43,541 bases of DNA. It comes from a virus. Its lineage: Duplodnaviria; Caudoviricetes. Each line of letters opens with the position of its first letter. Position 1 is the first letter of the stretch. The translations under genes were made by a program, and so were the position numbers. Positions 17,480 through 26,557 of the stretch are shown one piece after another. The notes beneath the pieces were generated by a model. The model had not been told where the DNA came from and did not search any database. It was given only the letters and a program-made list of their open reading frames with translations. The stretch lies in the IMG/VR virus record IMGVR_UViG_3300002092_002327, positions 1 through 43,541 of that record. The stretch is one strand, 5' to 3'.

Positions 17480-17904
17480 GCGATCGTGAAGATATTCGCG
17501 CCGACATCCCAGGTCATGGTTTCGCCCGAGGCGACCGTGAACGTGGAGCCATAATCCCAGCTTGCCCAGACGTTATCCGCCGCCGACGTGTCATCGTACA
17601 GCGTGAAATAACGCCCCGTGGTGGAAGACCCGAGGTTGCCGCCCGAGGCCGTCCAGACGATATCGGTTGCTGTTGCGGTAAGCGTCGCGCCCGAGCGCGT
17701 CGAGTTGAACGTCGCGTTATCGCCGCCGGTCGTATAGCCGTTGTTGCCGGAAATCTGGGTCAGGTCGCTGACTGCAGCGTCGGTCGCCACGGTCGGAGCA
17801 TCCGTGTGGATGATGACCTTCCATGTGTCCGTGGTGCCGAAGGCGTCGATCAGCTTGTTGGCCAGGCTTTCGACTGCCGTTTCATATTTTACATAGGTGG
17901 CCAT
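17476..17904 (-). CDS. Virion structural protein (142 aa)
   Basis: GNNGYTTGG, WTASGG and DYGSTFTVASGE; AGGAGA RBS. Confidence 0.75.
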   Translation of the reverse strand: MATYVKYETAVESLANKLIDAFGTTDTWKVIIHTDAPTVATDAAVSDLTQISGNNGYTTGGDNATFNSTRSGATLTATATDIVWTASGGNLGSSTTGRYFTLYDDTSAADNVWASWDYGSTFTVASGETMTWDVGANIFTIA

Positions 17905-17912
17905 CGGATCTC

Positions 17913-18554
17913 CTACGGGGTTAGGCCGCTCGCCCGCACTTGCATCGGGCCGGCGTTAAATGTGGATGTGAGGGAAAGCCGGTTAAGGCCGTCGATGGCA
18001 GAGCTGAAGCCCGTAAGCCAAACCTGGATGCGCGCGTCGTTCTGGATATAGGGCATCGCCTCCAGCAGCGTTCCGTACAGGTAGACATCCGGCGCCAGCG
18101 TCAGCAGCCAATTGGTGGAGTTGGCCTCAAGTCCCGGAATATAAGTCCGGTAAAGCATCTCAATCGTGTAGGCCTCATCAGGCGTCGGGACGAGTTCAAT
18201 TTCATCGCCAACAATCGTGAAGTAAACCGGGCGGCCCGCAGTGTCGGCGCAGGCCTGACGGTATTCGTCCATCCTGGCATTCGGCACGAACTCAAGACGG
18301 GGCTGGCCGGTGGCGCTCGACAACCGGAGACGCCGCATCGACTGAAACCCATCCGGCAGTGAAATGAACTCTGGCTCGGATGAATTGATATCAACCGTCA
18401 CAGTCGATCGCGTTTCCATCTGCCGAGCGAACAACTCTCGGTTCAGTTTTGCCTCGCACAACGAAACGAACTCGGGAAGCCGCAAGGTCAGGTCATCTCG
18501 TGCCAGCCAGTTCGCCGCTGCTGCCAGAAGTTCGGTATAGGTTGAAATAGCCAT
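17913..18554 (-). CDS. Head-tail adaptor protein
   Basis: MAISTYTEL...WLARDDL; PTPD; NWLL...PDVYLYGTL. Confidence 0.8.
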   Translation of the reverse strand: MAISTYTELLAAAANWLARDDLTLRLPEFVSLCEAKLNRELFARQMETRSTVTVDINSSEPEFISLPDGFQSMRRLRLSSATGQPRLEFVPNARMDEYRQACADTAGRPVYFTIVGDEIELVPTPDEAYTIEMLYRTYIPGLEANSTNWLLTLAPDVYLYGTLLEAMPYIQNDARIQVWLTGFSSAIDGLNRLSLTSTFNAGPMQVRASGLTP

Positions 18555-18889
18555 CAGCTACCGAACCCCAGAAACCCATTGATGATCGATTTCTTCTTGT
18601 CGGTGCGCAGATAGGCCCACTCCGGGTCACGCAGTTTCCGGGTAATCAATTCGTCGCATTCTACACTGTAAAGCCGGAAGCCAACGTTGCCCTTGGCGTG
18701 CTCTTCGTTCAGCCATTGGTGGAGAATTATGTTCGGGATCTCGCCAACCTCGCGGCCCCAATCGCTGTCCTGATCCAGTGTCCGGAGCAACTTGTTGTGC
18801 TCCAGGATCGGTTCAACGTCCTGCACGCTGGTAAAGGTGAACTGGCGTTCAGCCCTGTCAACGTGAAGGTGGGTCTCAATCTCGCTCAT
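18554..18889 (-). CDS. Conserved head-module hypothetical protein (111 aa)
   Basis: QDVEPILEHNK...EIP...LRDPEWAYLRT. Confidence 0.75.
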   Translation of the reverse strand: MSEIETHLHVDRAERQFTFTSVQDVEPILEHNKLLRTLDQDSDWGREVGEIPNIILHQWLNEEHAKGNVGFRLYSVECDELITRKLRDPEWAYLRTDKKKSIINGFLGFGS

Positions 18890-19179
18890 CCCGTGATTTC
18901 CACCACGGAAACGACTTGGATGGTGGCCGAGAACACGGACATCTTCTGACCAGGAACAACCTTGACGTATTCGATCGTATTGGCCGGAAGATAGGAATCG
19001 GTTGCGGCAGCGGTCGGGGTAGCGTCACCCACCTTGTAGAAGCAGGCCGCGGGCGCCGCGATGCGGATTTGCCGGGTCTGGGTGCCGAACACAGCCGACG
19101 CCGCGGCGGTCGAAGTCGTCGCCACCGTGACGTTGTTGGTCGAGCCCTGCGTAGAGCTGTTCTGCGGTTGATAAGTCAT
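18886..19179 (-). CDS. Small beta-rich structural protein
   Basis: GGAGA RBS; ATGA coupling. Confidence 0.7.
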   Translation of the reverse strand: MTYQPQNSSTQGSTNNVTVATTSTAAASAVFGTQTRQIRIAAPAACFYKVGDATPTAAATDSYLPANTIEYVKVVPGQKMSVFSATIQVVSVVEITG

Positions 19180-19199
19180 TCTGATCTCCAAAGAGGGGA

Positions 19200-19223
19200 G
19201 ATGGCCCGAATGAACGGGCCATC
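19200..19223 (-). terminator. Stem-loop (weak terminator or mRNA stabiliser)
   Basis: GATGGCCCG-6nt-CGGGCCATC perfect 9-bp stem right after the stop codon; poor U-tract. Confidence 0.5.
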
Positions 19224-19225
19224 GT

Positions 19226-19633
19226 TTAACCCCTGCGGATTACCGCGTAGCAGTAGACGTGACCGCCGGCCGTGCCCGAGCCCGTCATCGCGAACTTGAT
19301 GACATCGCCTTCGAGACAGGTGTTGGCGCCGGTAATGGTGGCATTCGCAGCCACGCCGTTAGCGACAACACCCGACACAGAAGCGGCATCGAGATCGCCG
19401 ATCGCCGAGCCAGACTGCGTAATCACGAATGCGCCGCCAGTAATCGCCGTGCCGGCAATCGAGGTGGTCACGGTCGCGTCAGCGGTCGAAACAACGCTGC
19501 CGATCATGGTTCCGACTTCGACAACCCTGCCCTTGAACGGGGCTCTGGTAACGCCCGAAACGCCTGTCAGAACACTCAGCGCAGTGGTGTCGGCCACCGC
19601 CTCATCCAGCGGGTGAGCAATAGGAAGTGCCAT
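19226..19633 (-). CDS. Putative capsid decoration protein
   Basis: 135 aa, beta-rich, directly after the major capsid gene; GGAGG RBS. Confidence 0.6.
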   Translation of the reverse strand: MALPIAHPLDEAVADTTALSVLTGVSGVTRAPFKGRVVEVGTMIGSVVSTADATVTTSIAGTAITGGAFVITQSGSAIGDLDAASVSGVVANGVAANATITGANTCLEGDVIKFAMTGSGTAGGHVYCYAVIRRG

Positions 19634-19643
19634 TTAAGCCTCC

Positions 19644-19671
19644 AAAGAAAAGGCCGCCCCGAAGGACGGCC
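19644..19671 (-). terminator. Rho-independent terminator after the major capsid gene
   Basis: Minus strand GGCCGTCC-TTCG-GGGCGGCC-TTTTCTTT. Confidence 0.85.
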
Positions 19672-19691
19672 ATAAGGTTGATGATGAGGGC

Positions 19692-20657
19692 TTAAGCGGA
19701 GGTCAGGTCGAACACGCCGCCGGAAGCCTTCTCATTTCGCGAGACAAGGGTTGCCTCGTTGATGATCTGCTTCTTGTCGGTGTCGCCCGTTTTCGCCAGC
19801 GGGATCGAGACCATGCTGCGGCCCGGAAGCGGGGCATACGCCCACATATCCATCTGCAACACGAACACGTCACGCGAGCGCTGGAAGCGGTTCGGCACGA
19901 TCGACAGCATGCCGAAGTCCGAATCATAGACCGTGACAGACGCCGTGATCTTCTTCGAAGCCTGATCCTGGGTCGGGGTGCCGCGACCGGTAAAGGTCGA
20001 GAACGCCTGCTTGTTGAAGGCGCCGGTCATGATCTTGTTCGGCTTGCCGCCCGCTGTCCAGCACTTCTGGATGACGTTTTTGATCTGGTTCTCGGTGAAC
20101 GCGCGCTGGGTAGCGGAGTCCACGCGGGCAATCGAACCATCCGCCGCGGTCGGGTCGGCGCCAGTGCCGCCGCCCTTGTCCGTGTTGGTCGTGATCCAGG
20201 ACAGGATCGAGGCCAGCTTGCGGGGGGTGGTTGCGTTGCCGGCGACCTTGGCCTGGTTGGTGCCAACCAGCGTGGTTTCGATGTCACGCTTCAGCTCCAT
20301 GCCCTTGAGCATGACCTGGTAGTCCATTTCGTCGTCGCGGCCGGCGTGATCGACCACGCGCTGGGTGCCGGTAACGCGCGGGATCTTGGTCGAAATCTGG
20401 CAGATGTTGTCGAGACGAACGGTCGGGGTTGCCGCGTCGGCGGCAACAGCGTCGTCGCCTTCCAGCTGGAAGTTCGAGTTGGAAGCGGCGGCGAGTGCCT
20501 GGGTCTGCCATTCGTGCTTGACGGCAGATGCCTTCTCCCGCTCGATACCGGACCAGAACGGGGTGTCGGTCGGGTCGATGCGGTAGATCGAGTCGGTGAG
20601 GTCTTCACGGTTGCCCACGGCCGCATAGGTCGTAAAGGCAGAGGTTGCGAGAGTCAT
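19692..20657 (-). CDS. Major capsid protein (DUF5309/SU10-like)
   Basis: GNREDL...P.DTPF...HEWQT..L; NICQI..K...VTGTQ; ELKRDIE; SDFG...VPNRF. Confidence 0.92.
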   Translation of the reverse strand: MTLATSAFTTYAAVGNREDLTDSIYRIDPTDTPFWSGIEREKASAVKHEWQTQALAAASNSNFQLEGDDAVAADAATPTVRLDNICQISTKIPRVTGTQRVVDHAGRDDEMDYQVMLKGMELKRDIETTLVGTNQAKVAGNATTPRKLASILSWITTNTDKGGGTGADPTAADGSIARVDSATQRAFTENQIKNVIQKCWTAGGKPNKIMTGAFNKQAFSTFTGRGTPTQDQASKKITASVTVYDSDFGMLSIVPNRFQRSRDVFVLQMDMWAYAPLPGRSMVSIPLAKTGDTDKKQIINEATLVSRNEKASGGVFDLTSA

Positions 20658-20666
20658 GGTAGCTCC

Positions 20667-21740
20667 TTATGCGGAGCGCCGTAGCCTGTTCAGCTCGGCG
20701 GCAAGCTTGATGGCTGCATTTCCGCTTGAGTTGTTGATTTGCTTTTCGAGGGCTTGGATCTTCTGGGCCTGACTAGCCTTCGGCTGGGCAGTACCCGGCC
20801 GCTGCACTGGCGGGAGAGGCTTGGCGGCAACAGCTTTCGGGGCGGACTGGATGTCCCGCAGCTTCAGGGCGTCGGCGAGGAGTCGCTGAACCCGATGGTC
20901 GTAAATCGAGAGCTTCGATTTGCCGGCCGCCAGATCATTGAGTTCGCTGTCCTTGAAACCGAGCTCGGGAAGCAATTCATTTGCCACGCGCTGCGTCAGC
21001 TTGAGGCCTTTTTCCTTGTCTGCAAGCTCGGGGATGTACTCGACGGCGAGCTCGTTTTCCTTCTGGACATGCTGCGCCCATTCGGTCTGCTGCTCACGTG
21101 TCTTGCGGCTCTCCGATTCCACGAGCTCGGCTTGCACCGCCTGGAGTTTCCACTGATGGAGCTGGTAGGCCTGAAAACGGAAGGGATCTTCCGCTTGCAG
21201 CTTTTCCAGATCAGCCATCGAGCGGATATCCGAGAACGGACCCGTCTCCTGGATGGTTTGCATGACTTCGGGAAGTCTGGCCTCGTACTGTTTCCTTGCC
21301 TTTTCCGCCGCTTCGCGTTCAGCCTGCATGGCCTTGCGCTGTTCAGCGATCTCGTTCTGACTCCGACGAAAATCCCGTTCCCGTTCCTGTTCGCGGGTAT
21401 GCAGGTATTCCTGCGTCTCGCGGGGCAAGGATTGGAAGCGTTCCTTTTCAGCCTTTGTCCAAGACCTCGGGGGCTCGATGGGCTCAAGTTGAGGTTCGGC
21501 CTCTTCGGTAGCTTCGATGGGAGCCGGCTCGGCCGGGTCATCGTTGGCTTGCGCCAATTCCGGTTCTTCTGCGGTCGCAGCGGGTGCGCTCTCGGCAGGC
21601 GGCGCATCATTCTTGCGCCTGGTCTCTGAAAGGTATCGGGCGGCTTCGCGTTCGGATGAGAAGGACTCGGGAGCGTCGGCAGGAAGCGTGACAACAGCCA
21701 CAGCCTCGCTACCGGCGGGCGAGCCGGTTTCGTCAGACAT
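20667..21740 (-). CDS. Capsid scaffolding protein
   Basis: Acidic N-terminus, PPRSW motif, long coiled coil; precedes capsid gene. Confidence 0.8.
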   Translation of the reverse strand: MSDETGSPAGSEAVAVVTLPADAPESFSSEREAARYLSETRRKNDAPPAESAPAATAEEPELAQANDDPAEPAPIEATEEAEPQLEPIEPPRSWTKAEKERFQSLPRETQEYLHTREQERERDFRRSQNEIAEQRKAMQAEREAAEKARKQYEARLPEVMQTIQETGPFSDIRSMADLEKLQAEDPFRFQAYQLHQWKLQAVQAELVESESRKTREQQTEWAQHVQKENELAVEYIPELADKEKGLKLTQRVANELLPELGFKDSELNDLAAGKSKLSIYDHRVQRLLADALKLRDIQSAPKAVAAKPLPPVQRPGTAQPKASQAQKIQALEKQINNSSGNAAIKLAAELNRLRRSA

Positions 21741-21754
21741 ATGATTTCCTTGTG

Positions 21755-21886
21755 TTATGAAAGCTTGAAGCGCCGGCAACCGGCCCTTGGTTCGATCTCT
21801 TCGGCCTTGGTGTAGCCGTGGAGCTTTAGTGCGATATCGATCTGTCTGTTAACGTCCAAATGCTGCGGGGGCAGCATCAGGGTCAT
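21755..21886 (-). CDS. Small hypothetical protein (43 aa)
   Basis: Read manually; ATGA coupling; MTLMLPPQHLDVNRQIDIALKLHG... Confidence 0.4.
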   Translation of the reverse strand: MTLMLPPQHLDVNRQIDIALKLHGYTKAEEIEPRAGCRRFKLS

Positions 21887-22179
21887 TTGAACCCGAACAG
21901 CTTCCGCCGTTCGGCGGTCTCCGCAATGGTCTTCAGCTCGCTCTGCGCCAGCTTCCCGTTCGCTACGATCGCATTCAGGTTGTCGCGGACTTTCCCGACG
22001 ACGTTGATGGCTAGGAATAGCTTCTCCCTCCCCGTCACGTCGTCAATCTTGGTTGCGCGCCAGGCCGCGGTATAAGCGTCCTCCAGCCCTTTGAAGGACT
22101 CGGCCAGCAACTCATTGTTCAGCAGATCCTGGGCCTGAGCGGCCCGCGCTGCGTCTCTATGCAGCTTTTCGTCGGACAT
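21883..22179 (-). CDS. Conserved small protein normally adjacent to the portal gene
   Basis: AQDLLNNELL...W.AT...REKLF...GKLA helical pattern. Confidence 0.75.
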   Translation of the reverse strand: MSDEKLHRDAARAAQAQDLLNNELLAESFKGLEDAYTAAWRATKIDDVTGREKLFLAINVVGKVRDNLNAIVANGKLAQSELKTIAETAERRKLFGFK

Positions 22180-23491
22180 CTTCGAGCATCCATTTCAGAC
22201 CCGCGCGAACCATGTTTATGCAGTGACCCCATTCATCCTGCTTTTTCTGGCGGATGACCGTCGCAGAGTCGTACCAGACTGTTTTCCGACTGTTCCGGTT
22301 CCAGCGCCAATCCGAGGCATTCGTAACGAGAATGAAAACCGGTTTCCCGAGGGCGCCGGCAAGATGCGCAACTGCGGTATCCACAGTCACAACTACGTCC
22401 AAGGCCTGAATCAGTCTCGCCGTGTCGCGCCAGGTCTTTGCCAGCGGTTCGAGATTGGCAACGAATCCGTCAAGGCCGAGGTTTGTGACTTCGAGACTGG
22501 CTGGTCCGGCCTGAAGTGAGTAGAACGCCGCGCCAGGTATGTCGAAGAGGGGGCAAAATTCGGAGAACGGCATCGAGCGGTGAACGTCTTGCCCGTATGC
22601 TGGATTTCCTCGCCAAACCAGACCGACATTCAGCTTGCCTCGCTGCGGGATGCTGGCGGGTTCAGCTTTGAAGTACGCGCCACCGACCACACCATCAAGT
22701 TCCACGCCGCAACGCCAAGGTAGAGACATAGAACCAATGACGTAATCGCACTCAAAAGGCCCAGAGAGTGGTACGATGCCATCCACCCCGATGTTATCAC
22801 TAACGAGGTCCAGCAAATTCGGAACAGGTCCACAGAGATATACGGCACGAGCGCCTCTTTCTCTCAGCTTCGGAATGAAACGGCAGAACTGGATGAAGTC
22901 CCCCGAACCTTCCTCATGATATACCACGATCGTCTTGCCCGTCAGGTCTTCGCCCTGCCAATGCACAACGCCATCAGGCAGTTTGTCCTGACTAATCAGG
23001 TTGCCCTTGTTCTCATGCATCTTGCGCAAGGACACTTCACGCCGGACCTCAAATTCCCGTAGCCCCTCGTTCAGCTTGCCTTGCGACAATATCGCAATCG
23101 AACGATCCTTGAGGTACTGCGGCTTGGGATCAACCTCATAAGCCTTCAGGTAGTATTCCGCGGCCTTACGGCCCTCACCTAGCGCCCGATACGCAATCCC
23201 GCAATGATGCAATACCTTGGGCATCCATTCGTCGTCTGCCAGCTTCAGGCAGTACAAATAGATGTCCCTGGCCTTCTCGAACTCGCCAACCCTGTGCAGG
23301 GCGGAACCGTAGTTGAACACGCAGCTGATTTGATCCGGAGCTAGTTCATAAGCGCGCCTGGCAAGCGGCAGATACTGCCTGGAGTGCTTGCGCACCTCCG
23401 AAATGCACGCGAACTGGTCAACAAGAGCGTCGGGATCGTCGGGATTGCGAACCAGCCGGGCGGCGTTGGCGCGGTATTTGTCGATGTTCAC
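22157..23491 (-). CDS. TPR-repeat protein fused to a GT-B glycosyltransferase (GT9-like)
   Basis: TPR helices (NYGSALHRVGEFEKA, GIAYRALGEGRKAAEYY); WQGEDL.GK...EEGSGDFIQFCRF; VGLVWRGNP; LDVVVTVDTAVAHLAGALGKP; DWRW. Confidence 0.9.
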   Translation of the reverse strand: MNIDKYRANAARLVRNPDDPDALVDQFACISEVRKHSRQYLPLARRAYELAPDQISCVFNYGSALHRVGEFEKARDIYLYCLKLADDEWMPKVLHHCGIAYRALGEGRKAAEYYLKAYEVDPKPQYLKDRSIAILSQGKLNEGLREFEVRREVSLRKMHENKGNLISQDKLPDGVVHWQGEDLTGKTIVVYHEEGSGDFIQFCRFIPKLRERGARAVYLCGPVPNLLDLVSDNIGVDGIVPLSGPFECDYVIGSMSLPWRCGVELDGVVGGAYFKAEPASIPQRGKLNVGLVWRGNPAYGQDVHRSMPFSEFCPLFDIPGAAFYSLQAGPASLEVTNLGLDGFVANLEPLAKTWRDTARLIQALDVVVTVDTAVAHLAGALGKPVFILVTNASDWRWNRNSRKTVWYDSATVIRQKKQDEWGHCINMVRAGLKWMLEDVRRKAA

Positions 23492-24276
23492 GCGGCTTCC
23501 TTTGCCACGCTGATGTTTTCGAGCGTCGGGTCGTCCTTGTGCACCGCAAGGATGTTCATCCCGTTCGGCAGCACATGGTAACCCTGCTTCCTGAGCGTTT
23601 CGGTTATCGCGCCCTTGTCGGACTTGATCGTTTCCACGAACAGGATCGGCTTGCAGCGCTCGATGGTTTCAGCGGCGCCCTTTAGCGCCTCCGCTTCCAT
23701 GCCTTCAACGTCAATCTTCAGAAGATCCAGCCGCTGCAGGCCCAGCCCATCGATCATGATGGCTTTAACCGTCGATGTCGGCTTGCCGTAGTCGATCGGC
23801 TGACCGATGAACTCGGTCCCGACCCGCGGCTTCAATTCAAACGAACCGAAACTACCCTGTTGGGTGTAGTCCGGCTCGGGTATGGACAACTCGCCCGGTA
23901 CATCCGCGAGCGCCGCCCATAAGGCTCGTGCATTGAGGCAATTCTGAAGGGCTAGATTGCCCGCCAGCGCGTAGAAAACCCTCTCCTGCGCCTCTACGGC
24001 GATGACAGAGCCCCATCCACGCATAAGGCGAGACCATTCAACAGAATGCACGCCAATATTGGCGCCACCATCAACAGCAACAACGCCGTCGCCGAAGTGG
24101 TTTCGCCGGCAGAGCAGCAAGTCCTTGAGGGCCTGGACATCCCGCGGATCATAGCATCCATTCTCCATGATCTGGGCGCCAACGCCGTAGAAGTCGCCCG
24201 TGAAGGTATGGTTGTAGTCGAAGCGGTTAACGATCATGGGGCCGTGATCGGAGGAAACGAGACAGAAGGCTATCAC
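23488..24276 (-). CDS. FkbM family SAM-dependent methyltransferase
   Basis: VDGGANIG.HS; LDLLKIDVEGME...L.GA..TI....PILFVE. Confidence 0.92.
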   Translation of the reverse strand: MIAFCLVSSDHGPMIVNRFDYNHTFTGDFYGVGAQIMENGCYDPRDVQALKDLLLCRRNHFGDGVVAVDGGANIGVHSVEWSRLMRGWGSVIAVEAQERVFYALAGNLALQNCLNARALWAALADVPGELSIPEPDYTQQGSFGSFELKPRVGTEFIGQPIDYGKPTSTVKAIMIDGLGLQRLDLLKIDVEGMEAEALKGAAETIERCKPILFVETIKSDKGAITETLRKQGYHVLPNGMNILAVHKDDPTLENISVAKEAA

Positions 24277-26006
24277 TTGCCACCCTTCGGCTTGCTCTTG
24301 GCCGCTTCCATCTTGGCTTCGTGCGATTGCTGGCCCTGCTCCATCTTCTGATCGTGCGACATAGCGCCGGCAACCAGGCCCATTTCGGACTCTGTTACCT
24401 TGTGCTCGTGAATTTGCTGCTGTGCAGCCATCTTGCTGCTCAGCTCCTGCTCTTTGAGCTGGTGCTCGCGCTCCTTCATCTCGAATTCCATCATCTTCAA
24501 CTGGGCTTCAAGCTGAGCCTTCTCCCGCGCCAGCACGATATCAGCCTCAGTCTTCATGCGCTGCGTCGCGATATCAGCCTCGGCCTGCAGCTTCTCGATT
24601 TCGGCCTTTTGAACGTTGGCTTCTTTGTCGGTCTGCGCTTTCAACTGCGCAACCTGCACAGCCTCCGGAACCGGCGGATCGACGGGCGGATGCAGCAGCT
24701 CGCCCGTCTCCGGATTCTTGGCTGACGGGTCGTTAAAGAACTTGTCCGGGTTCTTGTGACCCATGATCTTGGTGATTTCAGATGCGGTATTGAACAGCGC
24801 CTGATCGTCCACAAGATTGGCCTTGCCGCCCGCCAGCATTTCCTTTTGCACGTTCGCCAACGCCATGATCTGCGCGAACTGCTGCGCCTTGCCGCCGGTC
24901 CCGAGCCCCACGTTAATCGTCATGTCGCTGCGGGTCTTCCACTGCCGCGGGTCGACCGGAACCCATGTATTACGCAGCCTGACGGTCTGCTTCTCCTGCC
25001 CGTGCGACCGGATGGTGTGATGCAACAGCGAGAAGATGTCGCGAACCCCCTCGGCAAAGCTTCGGGCAATCAGCTTCATTCGCATTTGCGAGGCCGAGAA
25101 CACCTGCGCAACCGCTGTGGCGCTCTGGTTCTGCAGCGCGTTCGCGTCCACGCCCTGCGTCTGCTTGGAAACCCCCGTTGAAGCCTCCAGCTCCGCATCG
25201 ATATACTGAATCATCGGATAAATCGAACCGGTGATGTCAGGCACGACCTGCCAATTCAGTCCGCCCGCCGTCTTTGTGCGAACCACACCACCAGGGCGGC
25301 TAACCAGAAGATCATCGAGAGTATTCGGTCCAGCATTGGCTTCCGCGACCTCAACCCGCGGATTATTGTGCAGATACAGATTGTCCAGCGCGCCGCGCTT
25401 GAGCGCCGTCTTCTCACGCTGCCTCGGCATCACGATATCCGCCAGCGACCGGCCGAAGAACCGATGAGGGATCGGTATAGGCGTTGTGGTAGCAAACGGG
25501 ATCACGTCAATCGGGTAAATGCAATCCTTGCCGTCCTTGCGAAGAATCTCGCCCTGGTCCCCACCAGTGACGACCTCGTATAGGCAGGGCTTGCCGTTGC
25601 CCTCGTAATCCATCCGAACGTAGTGTTCTGTCAGCCTGACCAGCCGGGTCCCCGTATTCAGGCCAGAGCCCGCTCCGGAATGCTCCTCAACGGTATCGCG
25701 CTCGACCGTCTCAATGTCGTTGTTGCCGGTATAGTCGTCCAGCGCCTTGATCTGGTCCTCGTCAAATCCCTCGGCAATCAACTGCGCTTCGGTCTTGGTC
25801 ACCACTTCATGGTAGAAATAGTTGCATGTCCTGATATCGCGGGCGCCGCGCTCAACCCCGACTTCCTCCGGGGGCACGCCGAGCACCTTGGCTGCGGACA
25901 TCTTCTTGGTGGTTACGATCGTGATATCATGCGTGACCGGCTTCGGCGGGTCAGGAGGCATGGCCTGCAACTGGGCAAGCGCATCTGGAGGCGTCATGGC
26001 ATCCAT
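24273..26006 (-). CDS. Portal protein, C-terminal part (577 aa)
   Basis: PHRFFGRS, LDNLYLHNNPR, TGVSKQTQG and INVGLGTG; C-terminal coiled coil. Confidence 0.88.
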   Translation of the reverse strand: MDAMTPPDALAQLQAMPPDPPKPVTHDITIVTTKKMSAAKVLGVPPEEVGVERGARDIRTCNYFYHEVVTKTEAQLIAEGFDEDQIKALDDYTGNNDIETVERDTVEEHSGAGSGLNTGTRLVRLTEHYVRMDYEGNGKPCLYEVVTGGDQGEILRKDGKDCIYPIDVIPFATTTPIPIPHRFFGRSLADIVMPRQREKTALKRGALDNLYLHNNPRVEVAEANAGPNTLDDLLVSRPGGVVRTKTAGGLNWQVVPDITGSIYPMIQYIDAELEASTGVSKQTQGVDANALQNQSATAVAQVFSASQMRMKLIARSFAEGVRDIFSLLHHTIRSHGQEKQTVRLRNTWVPVDPRQWKTRSDMTINVGLGTGGKAQQFAQIMALANVQKEMLAGGKANLVDDQALFNTASEITKIMGHKNPDKFFNDPSAKNPETGELLHPPVDPPVPEAVQVAQLKAQTDKEANVQKAEIEKLQAEADIATQRMKTEADIVLAREKAQLEAQLKMMEFEMKEREHQLKEQELSSKMAAQQQIHEHKVTESEMGLVAGAMSHDQKMEQGQQSHEAKMEAAKSKPKGGK

Positions 26007-26557
26007 CAGGCCGTAGCCTCATCGTTTACGCTATGCTCAACGATCTTCATCTTGCCCTCGGACATCTCAACCGCATAGGCCAGCGCCTGGTATTGCTCTT
26101 CCGAGATGTCGTAATAGGTCTCCCGCTGCTCCTGCTCGGTCTCTTCCCACCAGATCTTCACAAAGCCGTTCTTTTGCAGGAGCGCGTCTTTGAAAAACGT
26201 GTAAAGCGCCATCCAGCCCGGATTCTGCTGCATGAACACATGGTTTACGTAGTCCGTCTCCTGCTGGGCCGCCTCTTCATCTTCCGGCCCAACCGGCTCG
26301 AACCGGACAACCTCGTCAGACCCGGCAAAGATGTCCATAATGCTCGGCAGGATGCCCTCGATCGTGTCCGCCACATCGGTGGATACCGCCCTTGACCGGC
26401 CGTCCTGCGCTGGCATGTCCTTGGACATGTCGCCGAGGTAGTACATCATGGCGTCAGCCCGCTCGGAGGCGAGCCGAGACGCATTCATGCCGGCCAAGGC
26501 GTCAGTCTTTTCAGCCGACAGCATGGCCTTGAGGTCGAGCGAACTCATCTTGGCCAT
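26006..26557 (-). CDS. Portal protein, N-terminal part (183 aa)
   Basis: YYLG...GRSRAVSTDVADTIE...FEPVGPEDEEAAQQETDYVN...KDALLQKNGFVK; TGATG coupling to terL. Confidence 0.88.
   Translation of the reverse strand: MAKMSSLDLKAMLSAEKTDALAGMNASRLASERADAMMYYLGDMSKDMPAQDGRSRAVSTDVADTIEGILPSIMDIFAGSDEVVRFEPVGPEDEEAAQQETDYVNHVFMQQNPGWMALYTFFKDALLQKNGFVKIWWEETEQEQRETYYDISEEQYQALAYAVEMSEGKMKIVEHSVNDEATA

Noticed and set aside
20739-21629. 296-aa Leu/Phe-rich plus-strand ORF
   Set aside because: Reverse complement of Glu/Lys/Gln codons in the scaffold gene
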